A stretch of DNA of 43,650 nucleotides, the filler included, from Catajapyx aquilonaris (Eukaryota), in NCBI GenBank assembly GCA_000934665.2. It is 2 parts of 2 records of this genome, joined end to end, with 100 filler letters (N's around TTAATTAATTAA, not from the genome) between each part and the next. Parts side by side here need not be neighbours in the genome. Positions count along the whole stretch, not along the records: positions 1 to 21,779 come from JYFJ02005981.1; 1 more part is not named here. One strand, written 5' to 3'. The translations under genes were made by a program, and so were the position numbers. A model generated the notes under the pieces. It was given only the letters and a program-made list of their open reading frames with translations. It ran no database searches and was not told the origin of the DNA. Of the stretch, positions 1-10,194 are shown piece by piece; position 1 is the stretch's first letter; every line of letters starts with the position of its first letter.

Positions 1-1329
1 CCAAAATCTCCTCATTCCTAATCCTATCGAACTTGGTAACCCCACAAACAGCCCGGAGATAACGCATCTCTGTAGCCAACACCCTACTCTTATGCCTTCA
101 TGACTCCTTCATGTGATAAAAATAGTTTTTTCCAGGTCCACTTAAAACACACTATTCTAGCATAAAAGCATGGTTACAGGGCAGGTCCCGAGTATAATCA
201 CAATGATTTTGCACAGCACATCACTTCATTTTGGATCCGGAAATTTAATCCTATTAATTTGGGATTTGGGTTAAATCCAAGCTGCCTGTTGAACAACAGA
301 TCATCACTGCATTACTCGAATACTGAAGTAAAATATTGGGGTCACCAACATCAGCGCATCACAATGCACATTTTAGTCAACTACATTACATTGTGCTCCA
401 CTAAAGTCACGCTAAAAGGGCTGTAAGACATCCAGTTTTTCAGTGGTGTATTATAACATTTTATTAAAAATTTAAACTCAAATCTGTATTATTGTTCCAA
501 GTGCATGGCAAGTTGCATGTAGAGAAAAATCATTTGCATTTTTCATTCATTATTTGCTGCTTACAAGTAGGCGGTCGTGTTAAAGTCAAATAAAAAAAGT
601 GTGAAAAAAAGGTAGGTTACTGTTCTCATAAGAATTACAAGGTTGTAACTGCAATAAAAATCCTCACCCCGCGACATTGGATCATACAGGTGGGATGTTT
701 TTCCCCCTCATCCAATATTTTGTTATTTTCTCAATGGCTTATTCTTAATCAGTGAGTCTCTCATTGCAGCAAAAAAAATGTGATTTTGCATTTATCACTG
801 TCACAATCAAACAGGTGTTTTGTGATCATCCAGGCCCTGTTAACGAGTCTTGTATAATCTATCTCGCTATCAAAAATGTCGAGTAATGCATCCTGTCACG
901 CATGTCCTTGGCGAGTTTTTGCTCGATACATCATCTGGAATAAATTATACAGTAATTACCTATCATGAGCTTTACATAATTATCGTTGGCATACTAGCAA
1001 AATCAAGTCCAAAAATGTAAGGAGTTGATTCAGGAGGTGATAGGGTAATGAGATTGGCTGGAGGATACAGAAGGCGTATACTACTTCAGCCAATCGGAGT
1101 TGACGGAAATGGTTCAGAATTTCCCGCTAGGTAAGGCGCCACCTGTCTTCGGGACCGACACTAGCGCCGCCCGTGGCAATCCCCCTCGGTGGGGGAGATC
1201 AGCTAAGGTGCACATGAGAAGCAATGTACTGGTATGAGGAGAGTCCGGGACCTGATGAGAAGTATTCTCACAAAAACCCAGATTTGAGAAAATCCAGCCC
1301 AAATATTTTCCCGGATTTCCCACCTTGCA

Positions 1330-1568
1330 CTTGTTTAATGCCGGTGATAACAGACCAGCCCCCGGACACTTATACTACATTCTGATCTTATCGCCTGCCG
1401 GGGCATTTTGCATGAGGTGCTCACTTGAGAGCGCCATGAGACCTTTCACTCTCCGGGTATGTGGCGACCCTACCGGCCAAATTTCCAGGAGGAGGACCAC
1501 CCCCTGGCGTCGGTGTTGAGCCTTAGAGGCAGAAATAGGCCGACGTTAAGCCCCACTGAACTGAACTA
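1330..1568 (+). mobile_element. Probable 3' portion of a retroposon (SINE/LINE tail)
   Basis: Ends in the stem cgtcggt...gccgacg, followed by ttaagcccca and a short (ctgaa)n tandem, a tail architecture typical of SINEs. 5' boundary uncertain. Confidence 0.3.
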
Positions 1569-1584
1569 TCCCAGGGTATTTAAA

Positions 1585-1595
1585 ATTACTATTAC

Positions 1596-1658
<63 letters not shown>
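1585..1658. repeat. (ATT)n microsatellite
   Basis: Directly visible; it explains the poly-Ile ORF 1459..1686. Confidence 0.95.
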
Positions 1659-2500
1659 CTCGTATGAGAGACTTTCAAAATTGTAGCTTAAATGTATGGT
1701 AGTCGAACGTGAACAATTTCAAACTAAACGCAATGTACTTGACCTGCAGGACAAGTATAGCCTGCGTAATTACTACCACTCACAGTGTTAGATGCTGCAA
1801 CGGAACCCATACAAATGGGGCCATTTTCGACAAGTATGCAATCACATTTTGATTGCTTTGACCCTTTGAGCCCCAATTCCTTCGACTTTACATCCTCTGG
1901 CTGTCGGCAACTCGATGAAAAGCTGAAAAATACGGTCGCAACTCGCGCTCCTCTAATGTCGGGGACACGAATTAACGATCAAAAATGGCCTTCACCTTCC
2001 GAATGTTTATGAGATCTGACTGACATTACCCTGTCTTTTGGACTCTCCATGTATATTTTTTCCCCCCTTTCCTGTTTCTTTTCACTAACTTGCTATCCTT
2101 AGCACGATTCCAAATTGCATGTATGGCGACGGCATCGTACATTAATTAGGAATGCTTAAGGAGGTAGTCACGACCTCGCACAAGGAAGAAAATTAAATTC
2201 CTGGACGGAATTATTTGCCCTGAGAAGACGTGGAATCGGGTGGGTACGTGGCATTGAGTAACTGACTCGGGAGACATTCACTTCACTACAAGCAACGCGG
2301 CTCAAGCTACAATATTAGTGTCAAGGAAATGTGTTTTGTGTGTGCGCGAATTATTTCTACCAATTGCTTCTGTGACGTCCCACACTAGATGGCGGGGGTG
2401 TCTGGGGGGATGTGGGAGACTAGAACTTGTATAGTCAGTCGTGAGACAGTCTCGTGCGAGGCTATGGTTAATAAAGAGGTTGTGTGCAACATAGTGTATT

Positions 2501-2569
2501 TTATTTTTTAATTTTACCCCGTGATACAACCTTTTTGGTCGTTATAGGGGGGTGGTCTACCACCATTCA
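2501..2569 (-). mobile_element. 5'-truncated SINE/LINE tail
   Basis: Flanked by a perfect 17-bp direct repeat gtgcaacatagtgtatt (2484-2500, 2570-2586). The reverse complement ends ...ggggtaaaattaaaaaataa, similar to the tail of the adjacent SINE. Confidence 0.7.
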
Positions 2570-2879
2570 GTGCAACATAGTGTATTACTGGCCACAAGCA
2601 GGTTGATGTAGTGGTTAAGGAGTCCGACTGCTAATCGGGAGGTACTGGGTTCGATTCCCGGTGTCGGTATGACCGTGGTTTTCTGCGGTTTCCCACGGTC
2701 CCCCCAGGATAATTCCGGGGTCGCTTCCGTCTAATAGGCCACAGCCGCTTCCTTCCTTCCCTATCCTTGGCCCCATCCATGTGTGAAAATTTCATTAAAA
2801 AATTGAGTGGTAAAATGGTGGTATTCCACCACCACCACCCCCTAATGGAGCACCGATTCTCCCAATTGGGTAAAATAAA

Positions 2880-3496
2880 TCTTAAATATATACAGGGTGG
2901 TCAAAGTTCAAGTGTCGTTTTATAACGGCGATTAATAGAAGCGCTTAACGATGACGTAGCAGCGACGTGTAAAATTGCCCACTTCGATAGCGCCGAAGAT
3001 GCGCCGAAGTGGGACATTTTACGCGTCGCTGCTAGTCATCGCAAAATCACTGCTATTAATCGCCGTTATAAAACGACACTTGAACTTGGACCACCCCGTA
3101 TAAGCAAAGCCGTTTGTGAGTCTGTCTGTCTGTCTCTCTGTCTGCCTTTCTGTCTGTCTGTCCGCCTGCCAACCGTCATTTGCCTGCCATCTGTGCTCCA
3201 CCCCCAGGCCGGGAGAGAATGGAGGTGTTGGGGGGGGTTGACTACAGATGGCAGGCAAGTGACGGTTGGCAGGCGGACAGACCGACAGAAAGGCAGACAG
3301 AGAGACAGACAGACAGACTCACAAACGGATTTGTTTATATATATTTAAGGCGGGAGAGGTTGAAGGTGTTGGAGTAGCAGGACCACAGATGGCATTGGTG
3401 GGCGGACACACAGAAAGACAGACAGTTGACGGGGGTACTGGCAGGTATTTTCCCTTCATTCATTTCTTCCCGGGCAACGCCGGGTGCCGCAGCTAG
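2880..3496 (+). mobile_element. Non-autonomous Helitron
   Basis: Inserted between A and T; 5' TC; (GTCT)n near the 5' end; 3' hairpin cccgggcaacgccggg followed by CTAG (3493-3496); no TSD. Second copy at 12960. Confidence 0.85.
2893..3098. mobile_element. Tc1/mariner-type MITE, almost entirely palindromic
   Basis: TA|cagggtggtcaaagttcaagtgtcgttttataacggcgattaatag ... ctattaatcgccgttataaaacgacacttgaacttggaccaccccg|TA. Confidence 0.9.
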
Positions 3497-4801
3497 TAAA
3501 TAATAAATAAATAATAAATAGTATATTACTGGACTACGAGGGTCAGAAAGAGATGGCCATTTGTGCAGGGATGGATTATCCTTGTCAGGGTACCGGTACC
3601 TGTATCTGCCAAATTCACATAAACGTATACGGTATTTTTGTGGTTGACTTTTTCCTCCTGGCATGAAAAATTGTTTATGGAAAAGGTGCATAATAGTGTG
3701 AAAGCTAAAAATGCAAAGCCTTGACAGTTGATTGAGACAGAGGGGTCAGAATATTGCTTTTTGAACTTCAAAGGGAAGCAGGAGTTAGCTGGAATGTGCG
3801 GCAGGAATATAGTTTTATAATCATGGTGGAGACCCACTTTTAGTGTTGTATTATTTGATTTCACAGCAATAATAAAATTAGTGATAGGGGAATAATTAAT
3901 TTAATTACGCAATGGGAAACGTCATCAATTTCATTACAGTCATTATACTGCAGTTACGAAGGGAAGCCAATGTCGAAGAGAGGTGAAGTCTGAAGGAGCT
4001 ACACAGAAATATGAATTATTCATAAAAGGCCTATTATGTCATGGGTAATTTTCTTCCCATGCTATTCCAATTTCCAGTTGCAAGATAGAATAAATTTTCG
4101 TTGCATTTTTTGTCAGATATGACTACCTTTAAGAGGGAAACAAAGTTCATTTTAAATCCATATGGTAACAATACTACTGTATGAACAACCTCTATTAAAT
4201 ATTGTGGCCGTTCACAAAAAACCGATCCTGGGTTTGGAAGGTGTGGGTAAGTCAGGACCAAGCCACATCCATTCTAGCCCGTACACATATCTTTTCTAGG
4301 CGGAATAGACTGTAGCATCATATCCTGCCAAGAATCTATTTATTTTTCTTCCTGTAGCATGTTGCGTTGGTTAAACGTAGCAGTTTTCACAAAAACAAGA
4401 TAATGGCAGTAGCAATAAGTGTGGTAATTACTGATCACATGCGGAATAAGATAACACTTCAGCCGTACTTATCATGCACAATATTGCGCATTTGCAGTAT
4501 TATGAATGGTAATGAAGGTCACTTTATGCAACGAGCTGAGATTATAATAGGCTACACTTCATTTCGTGTAGCCTATAGAAATTTCATAATTTCACTGAGC
4601 ATTTTACCTACCTGCAGATAACCCTATTAGTAGTGATTATTTTGTAATCCCATTACTTTTAAAATATTTTATTTATTATAAATAGGAAATAAACAATATC
4701 AACATAAATTAGACCAAATTATTCGTGACTATGACGAGTTATAAAATGTGAAACTTTAACCCTGTACCTCGCATTATTGCCTGATCCAACTCCGAACATT
4801 G

Positions 4802-5007
4802 CAACGCGATAACTGAGAGCGATAATGTCAAGACATGGAGTACACTGTTAAAAAGGATGGAGCCAAATGGCACCATTTAATGGGGCCAACCCATGTCCCA
4901 CCAGAAGCACCCTTAATGGACTTTCTCACAACTAAATTATCATACGCAAGAAAAAATGACAATTCCGCGTCTTGCAGACCTTCTTATCGCTCTCAGTTAT
5001 CGCGTTG
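4802..5007. repeat. Inverted repeat, probable MITE remnant
   Basis: Perfect 24-bp IR caacgcgataactgagagcgataa (4802-4825 / 4984-5007). Confidence 0.65.
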
Positions 5008-5763
5008 GTTATCCGAACTGATGGCATTCAGATAAGACGGTTGGTCGGAGATGGATTTTAACACACACAAAAATGCAAAACATATGATATACATAGCTAA
5101 AGCCTGCATGACTGTAACTATCAATGATCGAGCCACATGAGTAACGGTACCGCTAAAAATGGAGAATGTAACAAGGCTAGAAATACAAGCACGCGTAGCC
5201 TTGTCTTGATTTCTTTACATTGGAGATAAAATTACACAAAAACTATTTCTTTCCGGTGCATGATGAACTATGGGAAAGTGTGTCGTGGGATTTTTAAAAA
5301 TTGATCCTCAATAGAAAATCATGTGCTACATGGTGACACCGCATGTCGCCTATAGGCTATAGGTTTATAGCGACCAGTCATGTTATTTTCAGATACACAT
5401 ATACACACCTCTTACGTATGTGCAACAAGGTCAAGTTCATTGTTCATGCGTGCCCCGTAGAGCGTATATAGATGTGAACAATAAACATATTTTGTTGCAA
5501 TTAGAAACAATTGATTTCGCACATGAGCAGCCAGCAAGTACTGGGTTTAGCAGAAAAGGCGCCTACGTCGACTTTAAACGAACTTACCTACAGTGAAATG
5601 CAGGTTATGTCTATAGGTAACAGTAAAGTTACGACCAAACATCTTAGCGCTATACAACTTGAGCTGGTGCAGATCATTTTGACAACAATTTTTGACAAGC
5701 AGTATTGCATACACGCTAACGTCGCATGATGGTTTCGATTTAATTTGCGCAAAACTCTGAATA

Positions 5764-5849
5764 GTCATATTTTGGGTTAGCTTGTGGCTCCCGTCATCTC
5801 TGACTACCCCTTATAGGGAAATGTCGTGATGGTGATGATGATGATGATG
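5764..5849 (+). mobile_element. ~86-bp retroposed element with (GAT)n tail, copy 1
   Basis: 13-bp TSD aaaactctgaata (5751-5763, 5850-5862); homologous to 12463-12539. Confidence 0.8.
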
Positions 5850-6031
5850 AAAACTCTGAATAATATATAGAAAATGGAATTGTGCCCTTTTTCCTCTAAG
5901 CGCAAGTGTCCTTCCTATAAAGTACCAGTGTGAGAAAGGTCATAAAAACTCAGCTAACCGTGAGTAATTTTCTGTTCCATACATCAAATAGCGAGTGTTG
6001 AGCACGCCCTATTTGCACACGTCATGTAACT

Positions 6032-6039
6032 TATATAAA
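6032..6039 (+). promoter_or_regulatory. Candidate TATA box of the oxygenase-like gene
   Basis: tatataaa 43 bp upstream of the ATG, which is in a good context (cgccATG). Confidence 0.5.
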
Positions 6040-6074
6040 TAACCAGCTCCACACCGGCGTACTACTCATACGCC

Positions 6075-7172
6075 ATGCAGTCCCTCAAACCGGAAGGTCC
6101 TACACTAGATCAGTTCTTGGAGTCGGCATCGGTACCACTCCATCAGACTGATAGTGTCCCACCATGGTTGGACAAGGACAAGTTTCGAAAAGGACAGGCG
6201 TTCTTCAAGCGGTGCACGTTGAGTGTCCTGCTGTGTGAGATGTTCGGAGGATTCAAATTTTCCTTGTGTCCAACTGTCTTCAAGGTGCTGGTGTACTACA
6301 CCAAGTATGAGCTGGTGGACAGAGCAGTGTCCGTTTACGCCAGTGTCATGTCCCACTTCCAGACCTGGTATGATGGGGATGTGTGGGATCCGGACAGTGA
6401 AGCAGGACAGAGCATCAGAAGGGTACATCGGAAACATATGAAGCTGGGGAACAACTGTAACCGGTTCAAACCTAGTGTGGATGCCGTACAGATGGACATC
6501 ACCCGGGAAGAAACGGTCAAGTGCGAACTGTTTGACAAGTTCGACGAACACCAAAGTTCATTCCAGTACCCGCCGCAGTTTCCGAAGGACCGGCCGTACA
6601 TGACGCAGCTGGACATCTCAGTAACGGCAGTCAGCTTCATCTACCCTATCGTGGTGTGTCCGGACAAGGTTGGAGTGCATGGGGTGACTGAAGAAGACAT
6701 CACTGGATTTCTACATATCTGGCGCACTTTCATATACCTACTTGGAGTGGACGACCAGTACAATCCGTTCACTGGGACACTGGATGACGTACGGAAGCTG
6801 ACGCAAGATTACATGCAGCAGGTCTTTCTGCCAAATTTCAAGTCGCTCAACTCGGACCAGGAGTTCTTTGGAAGGATTATGCTTAAGTCAGGACAGCGGA
6901 TATCATGGTTGTACCGTATATTTTCAGTCAGCCCCTGTGGTATAGCTCTGTACATTGCTTGGTACTCGGGTGTCCCCGAGGCTTATCAGGCGGTGTATCG
7001 AAACGTGGCCTGGTACGACGTGCTGCACTTATGGGCGCTTCAGTTTGTGTTTTACTTGTCATTTCGCGTACCTATCTTCCGTGCTCTTGGTAACTACATG
7101 GGACGTACGTCTATCAAGCATGCCAAGGCGTTTCATGCCCGTGATAAGGAAGCTCGCAAACTCAAGGCCTAA
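6075..7172 (+). CDS. ER-bound oxygenase MpaB/MpaB'/rubber oxygenase (DUF2236)-like protein, arthropod-type, single coding exon, 365 aa
   Basis: Longest ORF in the window. Family motifs recalled: PPWLDxxKFRKGQxFF, HxxxWY, SIRRVxxxH, TQxD, FLHIWRxxxYLLGVDDxYN; hydrophobic C-terminal segment. AATAAA at 7646-7651. Confidence 0.85.
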   Translation: MQSLKPEGPTLDQFLESASVPLHQTDSVPPWLDKDKFRKGQAFFKRCTLSVLLCEMFGGFKFSLCPTVFKVLVYYTKYELVDRAVSVYASVMSHFQTWYDGDVWDPDSEAGQSIRRVHRKHMKLGNNCNRFKPSVDAVQMDITREETVKCELFDKFDEHQSSFQYPPQFPKDRPYMTQLDISVTAVSFIYPIVVCPDKVGVHGVTEEDITGFLHIWRTFIYLLGVDDQYNPFTGTLDDVRKLTQDYMQQVFLPNFKSLNSDQEFFGRIMLKSGQRISWLYRIFSVSPCGIALYIAWYSGVPEAYQAVYRNVAWYDVLHLWALQFVFYLSFRVPIFRALGNYMGRTSIKHAKAFHARDKEARKLKA

Positions 7173-7318
7173 TAGTCATGTATTCTCATGCTCTCGTATA
7201 AATGTGTTTGTCACTAAACTAGGGGCTCCTTATTCGGATGCCAGTTGTGTCACGCATTAGCCATACAAATGGCCAGGTCATTAACTCGTCGGTGATATAA
7301 TCCATATTATAGACTACC

Positions 7319-7464
7319 TATTCACAAGCTCGCGAGAACTTATAGCGACAGCGAGAAACTCATTCTCGCGCCCCATTCGTCCGTTGACGTCGCTCATGCT
7401 AAAAGGTACCGATATAGGCCTATAAATCGCCCCAAAAACTTTGGTTCCCACGAGCTTGTGAGTA
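7319..7464. mobile_element. Small MITE in the presumptive 3' UTR
   Basis: TIRs tattcacaagctcgcgagaac / gttcccacgagcttgtgagta (18/21 match). Confidence 0.65.
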
Positions 7465-7696
7465 TACCTTTACATGGGAAAATTCTCTCTTTTTTGCTGA
7501 GATTATCATGTCATGTTCTGATGAGACAAGGATATGTGACGAGCACGAAAGTATTATTACATCACAGTGTTATAGAAAAGTCTTGTGTATATTTTATAAT
7601 GCCATAAGTTATGTGTATATGTATGCGTATGGAATTAAATGGACTAATAAAATTTGGGAAGGAGAGACACTACTTTCCAAGCTATAAATATTATTC

Positions 7697-7764
7697 TCCC
7701 CCAAAAAGGGTACTGCCCTCGAAAGGGGTATCGTAATAAATCAAATAAATAAATAAATAAATAA
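7697..7764 (+). mobile_element. Truncated retroposon tail with (AAAT)n
   Basis: Direct repeat ataaatattattc at 7684-7696 and 7765-7777; the ...ggggtatc + (aaat)n ending resembles the SINE tails. Confidence 0.55.
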
Positions 7765-7809
7765 ATAAATATTATTCAATTTGTCTAGTTATTTCTGAGG
7801 TACCACAAA

Positions 7810-8059
7810 CTTTTTGTTTGCAAGTTTGACGCAGCAGAGTCTGGACATGCTGGAAGGGTTTCATCCGGCGTTGGGAGGAATGTGTGTTGCCCGCAAAGGT
7901 GGACATCTATCCGGTGTTGTTTTCAAGAAGTGACTTTTTTGGACCTTGATCCATAAATGGCAAATCTTACTCTGTGTAATTTTAAAAAAATATAATCGTT
8001 CGTTACTTACTCCATGCTGCGTCGTTTAAACCAGCCCATGACCTTTGCCCCACCCTGTA
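7810..8059 (+). mobile_element. Tc1/mariner right-end remnant
   Basis: Decayed transposase C-terminus-like sequence (cggcgttgggaggaatgtgtgttgcccgcaaaggtggacat, roughly RRWEEC-VARKGGH), then a TIR ending ...ccccaccctg|TA. Confidence 0.55.
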
Positions 8060-8079
8060 CTGTATAATACCTACACAAT

Positions 8080-8388
8080 ACCGAAGCAGTAGTGGTGGAG
8101 TGGATAGGGTGTCCGACTGCTAATCGGGAGGTCCTGGGTTCGAATCCCGGAGGCCGGCGACCCTGACCATGGTTTTCTGTGGTTTCCCATGGTCCTTGCA
8201 GGATAATTCCGGGGTCGTTACCGTAATATAGGCCACAGCCGTCTCCTTCCTTCCCTTTCCCTGCTTCATTCCGGTGATGAGAAAAAATAGTAAAAAATGG
8301 AAGAGTTCCAGACAAAAAAATTGGGAGAAATCCCCCCCTAGGAAAGCCCGTAGGCTGATAATGGGGTATCAAATTATTATTAATAGCC
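8080..8388 (+). mobile_element. tRNA-derived SINE copy 2
   Basis: Begins accgaagcag; A/B boxes (ggttcgaatccc); shared core; 12-bp TSD tacctacacaat (8068-8079, 8389-8400). Confidence 0.92.
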
Positions 8389-8503
8389 TACCTACACAAT
8401 CGCGTGATGCATGTTGGATTATTGCCAATCATACTGTATAAGGATGTAATACTGATTTGTATAATAATTATACCGTATGCCATCGACTCCGCAATATTTT
8501 TGT

Positions 8504-8563
8504 CTATATCCTCCTGAGACCTGATGTCCAATATATTGGACATCAGGTCTCAGGAGGATATAG
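8504..8563. repeat. Perfect 60-bp palindrome, likely a minimal TIR element
   Basis: ctatatcctcctgagacctgatgtccaata|tattggacatcaggtctcaggaggatatag. Confidence 0.9.
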
Positions 8564-9382
8564 TGTGGAGTTGCAAATGAGAAAATAATAAAAAAAAGAT
8601 ACCAATAAAAAATATTATCTTTCCAATAAGAAAATGAAAAATGCTGATTAGTTGGATGGAAAAACTTTTCTTATTGGCATCTTACGTCCACTCTTTCCCA
8701 GATTGTCTTGTCATAATTACTCAATATAAAGCGTCTTTAAAAAATGCAATAATGAAAACTGTAGCCTACATTCTGGTGCCATTTTTATACTAATCTCCCA
8801 ATAATAAACTATTGAGCTATGAAACTACCTTAGGTAATATCGCACTGCAATGACCAGTGTACTTGGCTAATTATTTCCAACAAAAACAACAAAGATGTCC
8901 CGTGAGACTACACACTGTCCTATATGCATTGTCACGTTCCAATCACCCTGTCTGTGTGACTTTACCAAGGTAGGTCATTGTCGGCCACAGATACAGATAA
9001 AAACTTCTGCGCACGCAACCGCACCCATCCGTAACCAATATGAGAACACTTACGCGTGCTCAGGAAATATGTAGGTCATCCCCAATCCCGTGCTATGCAC
9101 GTAGTTATAACATTATTATCCTCTTTGCAAGCTGGGTGATCAAAGCCCGTTTATATGCCTGCAGGAAAACTGGTTTCAGCCCAGTGGGATTGGATCCAAC
9201 GTGTAGCTATATAGCTTATTGTAGAAATGAAGACAGAAAATCCTGGCTTCCCAGCTCATTATGAATATGCAGGTATAAATAACTAAAAATATGCCGTCCC
9301 AATGAGAAACACCCTATCTACTAAAACTAGTAAGGGTGAGTGTCGTGCCCTGCACTAATCCCCTCTGAGTCAGTGGGGATTA

Positions 9383-10194
9383 GGGGTCGTGCAAATACCA
9401 CGTGACCGATTTTAGGCCACTTTTTGACCCCCTCTCCCCCCCCCCCCCCCCNNNNNNNNNTGGTTTTATTAAATGTCTATGTTATCAGAAAAAACACCAT
9501 CGAAAATGATAGCTCCTCAACTAAACTTTTTAAGCACGTAAGAAACATGTCTCCCCATATTTTCGGGGTCGCTGATTTCGAATTTTAGGCTATTTTGAAC
9601 CCATGTGCATCTGTAAAAGCTCCCATATGTACCAATTCACCGTGTTCAGAGATACCTCGTGAACTGTCGCCAACCCCCCCGTGACCAACCGTGGTAGTTA
9701 AAGGGACACTCCACTCAAAATACAAGTTGGGTTCTAAAAATCGGGCAAAAAATCCTGATTCCGAGGGTATAAGCAGTTTTTCTTAGAGACGAACGGTAGC
9801 CTAAGGCCAGTGTGAAAGCTGGAAGTGTGTCGTTCGAAAACCGCGCGCGGGGCAGGTGGGCCCAGGTGGCGACGCCACCAGAGTGGAACCGGGCGGAACT
9901 AGAGAAGGCATCCTGGCGCGGCAGTTGCTTGTTGAGCACCTTCTCTACTTCTCCGGTTTGCCGCGAGATGCTGTTGTATCGCCCTTCTTAGCAGACGACA
10001 CGAGACGACGTGTGTAGATATATGATTTTCCGTGTTACCGTTGGGCGTAGAAAAAAAACGATTGCACATTCGGAATCAGGATTTTTTGCCCGATTTTTGG
10101 GGGCCAAGTATTTTGAGTGGAGTGTCCCTTTAAGCAGACCCCTTCCTCCTCTTCCCCCCCCCCCCAAACGGTCACGTGGTATTTGCACGACCCC
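9383..10194. mobile_element. PIF/Harbinger-type MITE
   Basis: TTA TSD (9380-82, 10195-97); perfect TIR ggggtcgtgcaaataccacgtgaccg. Confidence 0.85.
9702..10129. mobile_element. TTAA-specific MITE (Kolobok-like termini)
   Basis: TTAA TSD (9698-9701, 10130-33); ~60-bp TIR agggacactccactcaaaatac...aaaaatcgggcaaaaaatcctgattccga. RR...YY termini favour Kolobok over piggyBac. Confidence 0.82.

Larger units (their letters stand above)
2592..3517 (+). mobile_element. tRNA-derived SINE copy 1 (A-rich tail interrupted by a Helitron)
   Basis: A-box (gtagtggttaagg), anticodon-like arm tccgactgctaatcggg and B-box (ggttcgattccc). Core shared with copies at 8080, 15260 and 15540. TSD atagt(g/a)tattactgg at 2577-2591 and 3518-3532. 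Confidence 0.88.

Noticed and set aside
1..480. Possible LINE endonuclease remnant on the minus strand
   Set aside because: Only a vague GDxN-like motif, with many stops.
1250..1290. Hammerhead-like CTGATGA here and at ~7518
   Set aside because: No correctly placed GAAA with a paired stem II and stems I/III.
2596..2665. tRNA-Ser(GCT) genes here and at 8085, 15265 and 15915
   Set aside because: No proper acceptor stem or long variable arm; each continues into a shared core, tail and TSD, so these are SINE heads.
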